Shown piece by piece: positions 18,285 through 27,909 of a stretch of DNA of 49,616 bases. The stretch lies in the NCBI GenBank assembly GCA_043808805.1, contig JAZDEN010000032.1, positions 1 to 49,616 of the forward strand, given 5' to 3'. Both the position numbers and the translations under genes were made by a program. Under the pieces are notes generated by a model. The model ran no database searches and was not told where the DNA came from. It saw only the letters and a program-made list of their open reading frames with translations. Source of the DNA: an archaeon. GTDB lineage: Archaea > Nanobdellota > Nanobdellia > SCGC-AAA011-G17 > VGLX01. Each line of letters begins with the position of its first letter. Position 1 is the stretch's first letter.

Positions 18285-18926
18285 ATGGCAGAGAAAATCG
18301 AGATTCTAGTTGAAGGTGGAAAGGCATCACCAGCACCACCGCTGGGACCAAAGCTCGGCGAACTAAAGATGAACGTAAGCCAGGTCATAGCAGACATAAA
18401 CACCAAGACAGCCGACTTCAAGGGAATGAAAGTTCCGGTAATCATAGAAATACAGAAAGACAAGTCATACACAATATCAGTTGGAACACCACCAACATCA
18501 CAACTCCTGAAGAAAGAGGTAGGAATAGAACTCGGCTCAGGAGAACCGAACAACATCAAGGTTGCAAACGCATCCATAGAGCAGATAATAAAAGTAGCCA
18601 AGATGAAGCAGGACAACATGTTCGTAAAAGACCTTAAGAATGCGGTCAAATCAGTCGTAGGATCCATGGTATCAATGGGAGTACTAGTAGAGGGAAAAGA
18701 CCCCAAGATAGTCATAAAGGAAATAGACGAGGGAAAATACGACAAAGAGATAAAAGAGGGAAAGACAGAGATGAACCCTGACAAGGCAGCAAAGTTTAAG
18801 GCAGAGACAAAAGACCTGCAGGAAAAGGCAAAGAAAGAACTTGAAAGAAGAAAAGAGGCTGCAGCAATGGCAGCACAACCAGCAGCAGCACCTGCTGAAG
18901 GCGAGAAAAAAGAAGCCAAGGAATAA
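18285..18926 (+). CDS. rpl11: ribosomal protein uL11 with ~50-aa Lys/Glu/Ala-rich C-terminal extension
   Basis: 'GGKASPAPPLGPKLG' is the L11 N-terminal signature, and 'GTPPTSQLLKK' is also present. The core appears to end near 'KEIDEGKYD'. Confidence 0.9.
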   Translation: MAEKIEILVEGGKASPAPPLGPKLGELKMNVSQVIADINTKTADFKGMKVPVIIEIQKDKSYTISVGTPPTSQLLKKEVGIELGSGEPNNIKVANASIEQIIKVAKMKQDNMFVKDLKNAVKSVVGSMVSMGVLVEGKDPKIVIKEIDEGKYDKEIKEGKTEMNPDKAAKFKAETKDLQEKAKKELERRKEAAAMAAQPAAAPAEGEKKEAKE

Positions 18927-18962
18927 GTTTTATAAACCCCAAAAATTGAGTTATATTCGCGT

Positions 18963-19070
18963 GGGGCTGTGGTGTAGCTTGGTTCAGCACTTAAGGTTTG
19001 GGACCTTAAAACCCCGGTTCAAAATGCTTGCAAAGGGGCAACCCAAAGAATGAAAGTCCGGGCAGCCCCA
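18963..19070 (+). tRNA. tRNA-Pro(UGG) with a 33-nt intron in the T-loop (19024-19056, position 59/60)
   Basis: Acceptor GGGGCTG/CAGCCCC plus discriminator A. D-stem GTGT/GCAC. Anticodon arm TAAGG-TTTGGGA-CCTTA. T-stem CCCGG/CCGGG encloses 40 nt, and removing 19024-19056 leaves the canonical T-loop TTCAAAT. Confidence 0.7.
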
Positions 19071-19084
19071 TCACATACCAAAAA

Positions 19085-19294
19085 ATGGCAACCAAAAAAA
19101 TATTAACAACAGGAAGATTCGGCGTAAGATACGGAAAGAAGGTCAGACAGAAAGTCATAGAAATCGAAAAAAAACAGAAGGGATGGCAAAAATGCCCCCA
19201 CTGCAGAAAAAACAGGGTAAAAAGAGTTGCCAAGGGAATATGGCAGTGCAGAAGCTGCGGTATCAAGTTTGCCGGAAGGGCATACGAGGTGTAA
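19085..19294 (+). CDS. rpl37ae: ribosomal protein eL43 (L37Ae)
   Basis: 'GRFGVRYGKKVR' plus the zinc ribbon 'CPHC...CRSC'. The start is the ATG at 19085, because the TTG-extended track ORF would overlap the tRNA. Confidence 0.9.
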   Translation: MATKKILTTGRFGVRYGKKVRQKVIEIEKKQKGWQKCPHCRKNRVKRVAKGIWQCRSCGIKFAGRAYEV

Positions 19295-19295
19295 C

Positions 19296-19433
19296 ATGAA
19301 ATCCTACAAATGCTTCGATTGCGACAACATAGTCAAGATGGAATACCTCAGAAAGAAGGTAAGATGCCCCAAATGCGGGAGCAGAATTCTATACAAACAA
19401 AGATCAGCAGAAGCAAAGGTAAAAGCGAGGTAA
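19296..19433 (+). CDS. rpoP: DNA-directed RNA polymerase subunit P (Rpo12)
   Basis: The 45-aa product MKSYKCFDCDNIV..VRCPKCGSRILYKQR has a CxxC..CxxC zinc ribbon. It lies directly after L37Ae, as in the conserved archaeal cluster. Confidence 0.75.
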   Translation: MKSYKCFDCDNIVKMEYLRKKVRCPKCGSRILYKQRSAEAKVKAR

Positions 19434-19436
19434 AAA

Positions 19437-19784
19437 ATGCAACTAAACAAGGAAACAGAGGAAAAGATTGGACAGTTGCAGCTGATGGAACAGAACATGC
19501 AAAACATAATAATGCAGAAGCAAGCTTTCCAAACACAACTATTCGAGATAGACAACGCACTAAAGGAACTGGAAAAAACAAAAGATGATACGTATAAAAT
19601 AGTAGGGCCGATAATGGTAGCCACAAACAAAAAAGAACTCAAAGACGACTTACAATCAAAAAAGGAAATTCTAGAACTAAGGATAAAAAACCTGGAAAAA
19701 CAGGAAAAAAAGATAAAAGACGAGGCAACGCAGATACAAAGCGAAGTCATGAAAAAGCTCAAACAAAAGGGAGGTGGAGCCTGA
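19437..19784 (+). CDS. pfdB: prefoldin beta subunit
   Basis: 115 aa with coiled coil - beta hairpin ('YKIVGPIMV') - coiled coil. It follows L37Ae-RpoP. Confidence 0.8.
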   Translation: MQLNKETEEKIGQLQLMEQNMQNIIMQKQAFQTQLFEIDNALKELEKTKDDTYKIVGPIMVATNKKELKDDLQSKKEILELRIKNLEKQEKKIKDEATQIQSEVMKKLKQKGGGA

Positions 19785-20032
19785 TGACCCAAGAAATGGA
19801 AAACGTAATAGCACTGCTCTGCCAGATAGAAGAAGACCACAGCGTACCAAAAAACATAAGATGCAGGATAAAATGCGCAATAGACGTGCTGTCAGAAGAA
19901 GGCAAAATAGTGGGCGTACAGGCCAGCAAGGCTCTTGAAGAGCTGGAAGCGGCATCAGACGAAACTAACCTGCCAACATACACAAGAACACAGATATGGC
20001 AGGTCGTAAGCCTATTAGAGAGTACTAAATAA
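19784..20032 (+). CDS. UPF0147-family small archaeal protein
   Basis: Contains 'DHSVPKNIRCRIKCAIDVL' and 'ASDETNLPTYTRTQIWQVVSLLE', the ..D.sVPrNIR.. / ..DpN.P...Rt.iW.. pattern. Confidence 0.6.
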   Translation: MTQEMENVIALLCQIEEDHSVPKNIRCRIKCAIDVLSEEGKIVGVQASKALEELEAASDETNLPTYTRTQIWQVVSLLESTK

Positions 20033-20046
20033 AATATAAATCATAG

Positions 20047-20063
20047 AAATCTTTATATATATA
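20047..20063 (+). promoter_or_regulatory. TATA-box promoter for sepF
   Basis: 'AAATCTTTATATATATA' lies ~40 nt upstream of the start. Confidence 0.4.
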
Positions 20064-20100
20064 AGGGAATACCTTAACAAAATGAAAAACGGAGGTCGTG

Positions 20101-20520
20101 ATGATGAAAGAGACATTCTATAAAATCAAGGAGAAAATCCTTAGAGGCGCCAGTTTTGACGATGAATACCCTGATGAATTCGGAGAAGATTACCTGGAGA
20201 TTGACACTGAAAAATTAGGGAAGACCGCAAAAGCAAAAATCATCATAAGACCGTTCGTAATAAAAGAATTTGAGGATGTAAAAGCCACACTTGACGCCCT
20301 AAGAGAAGGATACACTATAGCCCTTGTAAACATAAGACCTCTGAAAGACAAGGACATAATCGAACTGAAAAGGGCTGTCAACAAACTGAAGAAAACATGC
20401 GACGCAATAAATGGGGATATCGCAGGATTCTCAGAAGACTGGATTGTGGTAACACCTTCGTTCGCGCACGTGTACAGGGGAGAACCACCCTCACAAGCAA
20501 AAACAGACGAAGTGAAATAA
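20101..20520 (+). CDS. sepF: cell-division protein SepF homologue (DUF552)
   Basis: 'IIIRPFVIKEFEDVKATLDALREGYTIALVNIRPL....DIAGFSEDWIVVTP' has the SepF core topology. GGAGGT lies 4 nt upstream of the ATG. Confidence 0.7.
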   Translation: MMKETFYKIKEKILRGASFDDEYPDEFGEDYLEIDTEKLGKTAKAKIIIRPFVIKEFEDVKATLDALREGYTIALVNIRPLKDKDIIELKRAVNKLKKTCDAINGDIAGFSEDWIVVTPSFAHVYRGEPPSQAKTDEVK

Positions 20521-20602
20521 CACCTTCACTATTTCTTAAATTTTTATTATTAACCATAAAAAACAAAAAACTTAAAAGCAAAGAAATTTTTTAAAATGTT
20601 GA

Positions 20603-21327
<725 letters not shown>

Positions 21328-21331
<4 letters not shown>

Positions 21332-22695
21332 AAAAAATAATGGTGATGATGATATTCTTAATATGCGCAACATTCACAACAGCAATAACACAATCATACC
21401 CTGAAGAAAACCTAAGCAGAACAGAAACCTACATAATAGAATCACCAATAGTCAAGGTAACACAACTAAAATACGAACCCTACCCCGTAGAACCAGGAAC
21501 ATACTTCACAATGTGGCTGAGAGTTGACAACATAGCAGACGAGGATGCAGAAAACGTGCAAGTAGAGGTTGTTGACAACTACCCATTCAAGATAGAAGGA
21601 GAGAAAACAAAGACAGTAGGAAAACTGGGAAGAAGACAGTCATCAGTCATATACTTCGAAAAGATAAGAGTGGATGACAAAGCAATAGAGGGAGACAACG
21701 AGATAGAAGTAAGGATAAACATGGGCGGGGGATACAAGAAAGAGTACAGCATACAAAAACTCAAAGTCAAAGTACAACTCGTAGAACCAGTACTCTCACT
21801 AACCATAACATCCAAACCGGAAAGAATACCACAAGGAGGGGTGTCAAACGTCAGCGTTGAAGTACAAAACATGGACAACGGCATGATAAAAGACATCAAC
21901 CTCAAACTCGTGCTTCCATCAACATTCGTGCCAGTGGGATCAACATCAGAAAAGAAAATACAGAGATTGAACCCAGGAGAAAGCAGCTCAATAGAATACC
22001 AACTCATGGTACTTGCAGACTCAGAAGCAAAAGCATACCAACTTGAGATAGACGTATCATACTCAGACCAGACAGGAACGAGATACAGCAAAAACGAAAC
22101 ACTCGGACTCATGGTAGGAGCAGAACCAGCATACACTTTGAATTTAGAAAGCTCAGACACATTCCAATCAGGAACCAAAGGGAAGGTAACAGTAAGCATA
22201 TCAAACACAGGACCATCACAGCTGAAATTCCTAACACTTGAAGTCCTTCCAAGCGAGGATTACACCGTATTATCAACAACAAAATCATACCTGGGTAATT
22301 TAGACCCTGACGACTTCGAAACATCAGAATATACAATATATGCTGGCAAGAGCGGCGACGTCCCAATCAAACTAAAAGTAAGCTACAAGGACAGCTACAA
22401 CAACGAAAAGCAAGATTTAGGAGAAGTTCAGCTGAAAGTGTACTCATCATGGGAGATGAGAAAGTACGGACTGGGGACAGGAGGAACCGGATTACTAACT
22501 TGGATAATCTACATACTACTCATAATATTTGTGTACCTAGGATTCAAAGAGTGGAGAAAAGAGAGAGACGTAGGAAGAGCGATGAAGAATGCACTTAGGA
22601 GGATGATACTCGGATTCATAAACCTCCTGAGACAACTCAAATGGAGCAACCTGAAAAGGATACCCAGGAGAATAAAACTCTTCCTACAACAATGA
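21328..22695 (+). CDS. secreted beta-rich protein (CARDB/COG1361 S-layer-domain-like) with C-terminal TM anchor
   Basis: Has a signal peptide and repeated modules of the '..V.V.N.....A.NV.V......PF' type. The C-terminal TM is 'LLTWIIYILLIIFVYLGF' followed by a basic tail. It is translationally coupled on both sides (ATGA overlaps). Confidence 0.6.
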
Positions 22696-23879
22696 TAACA
22701 GACTACCTACACTTCGCATACGACAGCATAAGCCACAGAAAACTAAGGTCATGGCTAACAATCATAGGAATAATAATAGGCATAGGGGCCATAGTTGCCC
22801 TCATATCCATTTCTCAAGGACTTGAAAACGCAATAACAGAACAATTCGAGAAACTGGGAGCCAACAGACTTTACGTAGCAGCAAAAGGATTCACAGGACC
22901 AGGAGCAACAGTAGAAGGACTAACTACTAAAGATGTTGACGTCATAAAACAAGTGGGAGAGGTAGACTGGGTCAACCCCTACATGTTCATATCTGACGAG
23001 GTAGAATTCAGCAGGGAAAAACAATTCATCCAGCAGATAGTCGCCTTCCCCGCAGAAGACGTCATGAAAAAATACCAAGACACAGACATAAAGGTAGCCG
23101 AAGGCAGAGTTTTCATGAATGGCGAAAAAAAAGTCGCAATGATAGGATGGCTATTTGCAAAGGACAAATTCAAAAAAGACATAAAAGTCAACAACAGGAT
23201 AACAATCAAGGGAGAAAAATTCACAGTCGTAGGGGTACTGGCCGAAGTGGGAAATTCTGAGGACGACAACATGGTTGTCATACCAGAAGAAGACGCACGC
23301 GTACTGTACGAAAGACCAAACCAGGTTGACATGATAGAGATAAAACTCAAGGAAGGAGTTGACATACTCTTCGTAGCTGAAAAAATAAAAAGAAGACTTG
23401 AGCAAGCAAGAGACAATGACAATTTTGAAGTTCTTACACCTGAACAGATACTAGAACAGATAGGAAGCCTCCTAAGCATAATACAGGTAATACTGGGAGG
23501 AATAGCCGCAATAAGCCTAGTAGTAGGGGCCATAGGAATAAGCAACTCAATGTACACAAACGTGCTTGAAAGAACAAAAGAAGTGGGAATAATGAAATCA
23601 ATAGGGGCAAGAAACAAGGACGTAATGATGATATTCTTAATAGAGGCAGGACTGGTAGGACTAATAGGAGGGGTATGCGGTGCAATATTCGGGAGCCTAA
23701 CAGCACTCGCAACCGGCGTGATAGCAGATTCACAGGGATTTGGATTACTAAAAATAATAATAGACTGGAAACTCATAGCATTCTCAATACTATTCGCGGT
23801 CGGGATAGGAATGATAGCAGGGGTTTTCCCAGCAAGACAGGCCGCAAAACTAAAACCAGCTGAGAGCCTGAGGTACTGA
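22692..23879 (+). CDS. ABC transporter permease (MacB periplasmic domain + FtsX)
   Basis: The start is taken at the ATG overlapping the upstream stop. One N-terminal TM, an extracytoplasmic domain of ~230 aa, and three C-terminal TMs are present. The protein ends in 'PARQAAKLKPAESLRY'. Confidence 0.85.
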   Translation: MITDYLHFAYDSISHRKLRSWLTIIGIIIGIGAIVALISISQGLENAITEQFEKLGANRLYVAAKGFTGPGATVEGLTTKDVDVIKQVGEVDWVNPYMFISDEVEFSREKQFIQQIVAFPAEDVMKKYQDTDIKVAEGRVFMNGEKKVAMIGWLFAKDKFKKDIKVNNRITIKGEKFTVVGVLAEVGNSEDDNMVVIPEEDARVLYERPNQVDMIEIKLKEGVDILFVAEKIKRRLEQARDNDNFEVLTPEQILEQIGSLLSIIQVILGGIAAISLVVGAIGISNSMYTNVLERTKEVGIMKSIGARNKDVMMIFLIEAGLVGLIGGVCGAIFGSLTALATGVIADSQGFGLLKIIIDWKLIAFSILFAVGIGMIAGVFPARQAAKLKPAESLRY

Positions 23880-23880
23880 G

Positions 23881-25065
23881 ATGATAAAAGACTACTTCAT
23901 GCTAAGCCTAAGCCACATAAGAACTAGAAAATTAAGGGCATACCTAACAATACTTGGGATCATAATAGGAATCGCAGCGATAGTGGCATTGATAACAATA
24001 TCACAAGGACTGGAGAATGCGGTAGTAGAACAATTCTCAAAAAGAGGAACACAAGACATAAGAGTAATCCCAAAAGGGTTAAGAGCAGCGCCAACGGTGT
24101 CCAACCTCATAACCACAAAGGACGTTGATACAGTAAAGGGAATTGTGGGCGTTGATTACACATTTGAAATAATAATGACAAACTCCAATGTCGAGTTTGG
24201 CAATGAAAAAAAATTCTCAAGCATAATAGCATACCAAGCAGACCTGATCGAGACTGTTTTCAAGGACCAGGACGTTAAACTCGAACAGGGCAGGCTTTTC
24301 AAGGAAGGGGAATCAGGAGTCATAATAGGCAAAAAAGCAGCAGAAAACAGGTTTGACAAAGACATCAAACTAAGAAACAGCCTAACAATAAACGGAAAAA
24401 AATTCAAAGTAGTGGGAATACTAGAGGAAATGGGCATAGCAGAGATAGACCAAGCAATAATAATACCCGTTGATGTGGCTAGAGAGGTCTTTGACAAGCC
24501 AAAAGAACTAAGCGCAATACTCATACACGTTGAGGACGGGGTTGATGTAGAAAAAGTAGCAAAAGACGTAAAAACAAAACTCAAGAGAGCAAGAGACAAC
24601 GATAACTTTGATGTCTTCACACCAAAAGAGCTACTCAACCAACTAAACACAATACTAGGAATAGTCGAGATAGTGCTTGCCGGAATAGCAGGAATCAGCC
24701 TCGTAGTCGGAGGGGTCGGGATAATGAACGCCATGTACACCAGCGTCATGGAAAGAACCAAGGAGATAGGAGTCATGAAAGCAATAGGAGCAAGAAATTC
24801 TGACATACTAACAATGTTCCTAATAGAATCAGGACTCATGGGATTCTTAGGAGGGCTTGTAGGAGTGATACTAGGAAGCCTAACCGGATTCCTATTCGGA
24901 AAAATAGCATCACAACTTGGATTCGGACTGCTGCTGATAAGGATAGAATGGACACTCCTGATATTCGCACTAGTATTCGCATTCGTGGTAGGAGTGATTT
25001 CAGGGACTCTACCGGCATTCAGGGCAGCAAAACTAAAGCCAGTCGACGCATTGAGGTATGAATAA
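23881..25065 (+). CDS. ABC transporter permease (MacB/FtsX-type), paralog of the preceding gene
   Basis: Same architecture as the preceding gene. The protein ends in 'PAFRAAKLKPVDALRYE'. Confidence 0.85.
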   Translation: MIKDYFMLSLSHIRTRKLRAYLTILGIIIGIAAIVALITISQGLENAVVEQFSKRGTQDIRVIPKGLRAAPTVSNLITTKDVDTVKGIVGVDYTFEIIMTNSNVEFGNEKKFSSIIAYQADLIETVFKDQDVKLEQGRLFKEGESGVIIGKKAAENRFDKDIKLRNSLTINGKKFKVVGILEEMGIAEIDQAIIIPVDVAREVFDKPKELSAILIHVEDGVDVEKVAKDVKTKLKRARDNDNFDVFTPKELLNQLNTILGIVEIVLAGIAGISLVVGGVGIMNAMYTSVMERTKEIGVMKAIGARNSDILTMFLIESGLMGFLGGLVGVILGSLTGFLFGKIASQLGFGLLLIRIEWTLLIFALVFAFVVGVISGTLPAFRAAKLKPVDALRYE

Positions 25066-25080
25066 GAAAGGTTTATATAT
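25065..25080 (+). promoter_or_regulatory. BRE/TATA promoter (AGAAAGGTTTATATAT) for ppsA
   Basis: It lies ~42 nt upstream of ATG 25122, with AGGTG as the RBS. Confidence 0.5.
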
Positions 25081-25121
25081 CTCGAAGACAAACTTTCAAT
25101 AAAATAAAAAAGGTGCAAAAA

Positions 25122-27464
25122 ATGGAGGACATAGCCTGGTTCAAAGAGCTTTCTAAAGACGACATCCCACTAGTAGGCGGAAAAGGAGCAAACCTCGGAG
25201 AGATGTACAATGCAGGGCTACCAATACCACCAGGATTCGCAATAACCTCTGAAGCGTTCAGAAAATACATAGTCGGAAACAAGATAGACCAACAAATATT
25301 CCAGATACTACAAAACACAAATGTTGACGAAAATGACCAACTCGAAAGGGCATCAACCCAGATAAAAAACATAATTCTCAATATAGACATGCAGGAAGAC
25401 CTGAAATCAGAAATAAAAGAGGCATATGAAAACCTGAACGTGAGCGAAGAGGTAATAAAATTCGGCGGCCAGCCACTAGACATAATAAAAAGCGGAAGAG
25501 AACAGGCATTTGTCGCTGTAAGAAGCTCAGCAACAGCAGAAGACCTGCCACAGGCATCATTCGCAGGACAGCAGGAATCATTCCTCAACATAAGAGGAAC
25601 AGCAAACCTACTCAAAGCAGTTCAGAAATGCTGGGCATCACTGTACACACCCAGAGCAATATACTACAGGGTGAAGAACAACTTCCCACACGAGAAAGTC
25701 CTGATATGCGTCGTGGTCCAGAAGATGGTAAAATCAGAAAAATCAGGGGTCATGTTCTCAGTAAACCCAGCAACCAGCAACGAAGATGAGATAATGATAG
25801 AGTCAGGATGGGGACTGGGAGAGGCTGTCGTGCTGGGAGCAATAAGCCCAGACCAATACATAATAGACAAAAAAACAATGCAGATAAAAAACATAATAGT
25901 AAGAGAGCAGACGTGGATGTACGACCTTGACACAAACATGGGGCAGACCGTAAAGAAGAACGTGCCCGAATACAAGAAGAACAAGCAAAAACTAAGCGAG
26001 ACAGAGATAAGAAAACTAGCGGATTACGCAGTAAAGATAGAACAGCATTACGGAAGAGCGCAGGACATGGAATACGCGATAGAAAACAACAACATATACA
26101 TAGTGCAATCAAGACCCGTAACAACGCTGAAAAAACCACACAAAGAAGAGGTCGAAGAAACAGAAACAGAAGTTCTAGTAACGGGATTGGGAGCAAGCCC
26201 AGGAATAGGAATAGGACCTGTCAAGCTAATAAGGGGCATGGACGAACTAGGCAAGATCAAGAAAGGAGATGTTATGGTCACAAGAATGACAAACCCCGAC
26301 ATGGTACCAGCGATGGAAAGGGCAGTGGCAATAGTAACAGACGCAGGAGGAACAACATGCCACGCAGCAATCGTAAGCAGGGAGATGGGAATACCATGCA
26401 TAGTAGGGACAGAGAAAGCAACACAGATACTAAAAGATGATGAGATAGTAAGCGTCGACGGAACAAGAGGAAAGGTGTTCAAGGGAAGAATAAAAGTAGA
26501 AGAGAAAAAAGAAGAAGAACACACCCACAACGGGGAATTTGGGGAGATGATGGCACCAGTAGAAACAGTCACCGAGATAAAAGTCATAATGGACCTGCCA
26601 GAATTCGCTGAAAAAGCAGCTGCCACAGGAGCAGACGGAGTAGGACTACTAAGGAACAACCTGATGCTAGCAAAACACGGCGAACATCCCAGTTACATGA
26701 TAAGAAACGGAAAAAAAGACAAGCTAGTAGAGACGATAGTTAATGACGTAAGCAAGATAGCAGAGGCATTCAGGGACAAGACAGTATGGTACAGGACATT
26801 CGACGCACCAACCGACGAATACAGGCACATGAAAGGCGGAGAGGACGAGCCAATCGAACAGAACCCCATGATGGGATGGAGAAGCATAAGAAGGGGACTC
26901 GACGAGGTAGAATTATTGAAGGCCGAATTCGAGGCAATTAAAAGGATACACGACAACGGACTCAAAAACGTCGGGATAATGCTTCCTTTGGTGATAAGCG
27001 TCGATGAGATAAGAAAATCAAAAGACATACTAAGAGAGGCAGGACTGGAACCGCAAAAAGACATAGAATTCGGGATAATGGTGGAGACGCCAGCTTCTGT
27101 TCAGATAATAAAGGAGATATGCGAAGAGGGAATAGACTTCATAAGCTTCGGAACAAATGACCTGACACAGTTCACACTCGCAGTAGACAGGGACAACGCA
27201 AAGGTTGCAAAGCTGTACAGCGAGAAACACCCAGCAGTCCTGAGGCAGATAAAATATGTAATAGACACGTGCAAGGAATACGACGTCGAGACAAGCATAT
27301 GCGGACAGGCAGGATCAGACCCTGAGATGGCAGAGATACTCGTAAAGATGGGAATAGACAGCATAACAGCAAACGTCGATGCGGTGCACAAGATAAGGAA
27401 CATAGTGGCTAGGATAGAGAAAAAGCTAATTCTAAGCTCAGCCAGAAGAGACTACAAAATTTAG
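25122..27464 (+). CDS. ppsA: phosphoenolpyruvate synthase
   Basis: N-terminal 'GGKGANLGEM', phosphohistidine swivel 'GGTTCHAAIVSREMGIPCIVG', and PEP-utiliser TIM domain 'FISFGTNDLTQ'. Confidence 0.95.
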   Translation: MEDIAWFKELSKDDIPLVGGKGANLGEMYNAGLPIPPGFAITSEAFRKYIVGNKIDQQIFQILQNTNVDENDQLERASTQIKNIILNIDMQEDLKSEIKEAYENLNVSEEVIKFGGQPLDIIKSGREQAFVAVRSSATAEDLPQASFAGQQESFLNIRGTANLLKAVQKCWASLYTPRAIYYRVKNNFPHEKVLICVVVQKMVKSEKSGVMFSVNPATSNEDEIMIESGWGLGEAVVLGAISPDQYIIDKKTMQIKNIIVREQTWMYDLDTNMGQTVKKNVPEYKKNKQKLSETEIRKLADYAVKIEQHYGRAQDMEYAIENNNIYIVQSRPVTTLKKPHKEEVEETETEVLVTGLGASPGIGIGPVKLIRGMDELGKIKKGDVMVTRMTNPDMVPAMERAVAIVTDAGGTTCHAAIVSREMGIPCIVGTEKATQILKDDEIVSVDGTRGKVFKGRIKVEEKKEEEHTHNGEFGEMMAPVETVTEIKVIMDLPEFAEKAAATGADGVGLLRNNLMLAKHGEHPSYMIRNGKKDKLVETIVNDVSKIAEAFRDKTVWYRTFDAPTDEYRHMKGGEDEPIEQNPMMGWRSIRRGLDEVELLKAEFEAIKRIHDNGLKNVGIMLPLVISVDEIRKSKDILREAGLEPQKDIEFGIMVETPASVQIIKEICEEGIDFISFGTNDLTQFTLAVDRDNAKVAKLYSEKHPAVLRQIKYVIDTCKEYDVETSICGQAGSDPEMAEILVKMGIDSITANVDAVHKIRNIVARIEKKLILSSARRDYKI

Positions 27465-27551
27465 GCTCCCTAAGGCCTGGGAAGCCCGAAATCAAGGGTC
27501 CAGGAAGGCCAAATTCAGGGCTCCTAGCGCCTGTAGAGGCCAAAAAACAGG
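27465..27551. repeat. GC-rich degenerate ~11-nt periodic tract between ppsA and the next promoter
   Basis: The tract reads GGCTCCCTAAG GCCTGGGAAG CCCGAAATCAAG GGTCCAGGAAG GCCAAATTCAG GGCTCCTAGC GCCTGTAGAG GCCAAAAAACAG. It contains a possible hairpin CCTGG..GCCC-loop-GGGT-CCAGG. Confidence 0.5.
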
Positions 27552-27566
27552 GAAAGGTTTATATAT
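27552..27566 (+). promoter_or_regulatory. BRE/TATA promoter (GAAAGGTTTATATAT) for ORF 27606
   Basis: It lies 40 nt upstream of the ATG. The leader resembles the one at 27844-27909. Confidence 0.5.
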
Positions 27567-27605
27567 TAGTTATTACTAATACATAGTAACAAATAGGGGG
27601 TTAAA

Positions 27606-27839
27606 ATGAAAACAATTCAATGTCCCGGATATGAAAACATAGGAAATTTCAAAACACCTATCGTAGATTATCATAATCCTGAAAGCATGAAAACAGCAAC
27701 TCTCGACGTGTTCGTAGAGAAAAGAACCCAAGAGGTTTTTGTAGGAGACAAGAAGCCGCAACTTAAACTAGAAACATTTATTAAGTCAACAGGCAAGACT
27801 CCAGAGGTTACTTACTACGATCTGGCACAGAGGGTGTAA
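27606..27839 (+). CDS. hypothetical small protein (77 aa)
   Basis: Has its own BRE/TATA (27552-27566) and a GGGGG(T) RBS. No family recognised. Confidence 0.5.
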   Translation: MKTIQCPGYENIGNFKTPIVDYHNPESMKTATLDVFVEKRTQEVFVGDKKPQLKLETFIKSTGKTPEVTYYDLAQRV

Positions 27840-27843
27840 AACA

Positions 27844-27859
27844 GAAAAGTTTATATATA
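27844..27859 (+). promoter_or_regulatory. BRE/TATA promoter (GAAAAGTTTATATATA) for ORF 27910
   Basis: It lies ~51 nt upstream of the ATG, with AGGAGG as the RBS. Confidence 0.5.
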
Positions 27860-27909
27860 AGAATAACTACTAATAAGTAACAAATAATCATATTCAAAGG
27901 AGGTTAAAA

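Noticed and set aside
19028-19084. TTG-started 5' extension of the L37Ae ORF
   Set aside because: It overlaps the 3' part of tRNA-Pro, including the intron. Conserved L37Ae sequence starts at the ATG at 19085.
27465-27551. Considered whether the periodic GC-rich tract is a CRISPR array or mini-array
   Set aside because: The units are only ~11 nt (or ~32 nt and degenerate), with no repeat-spacer alternation and no cas genes. It is kept only as an unexplained repeat.
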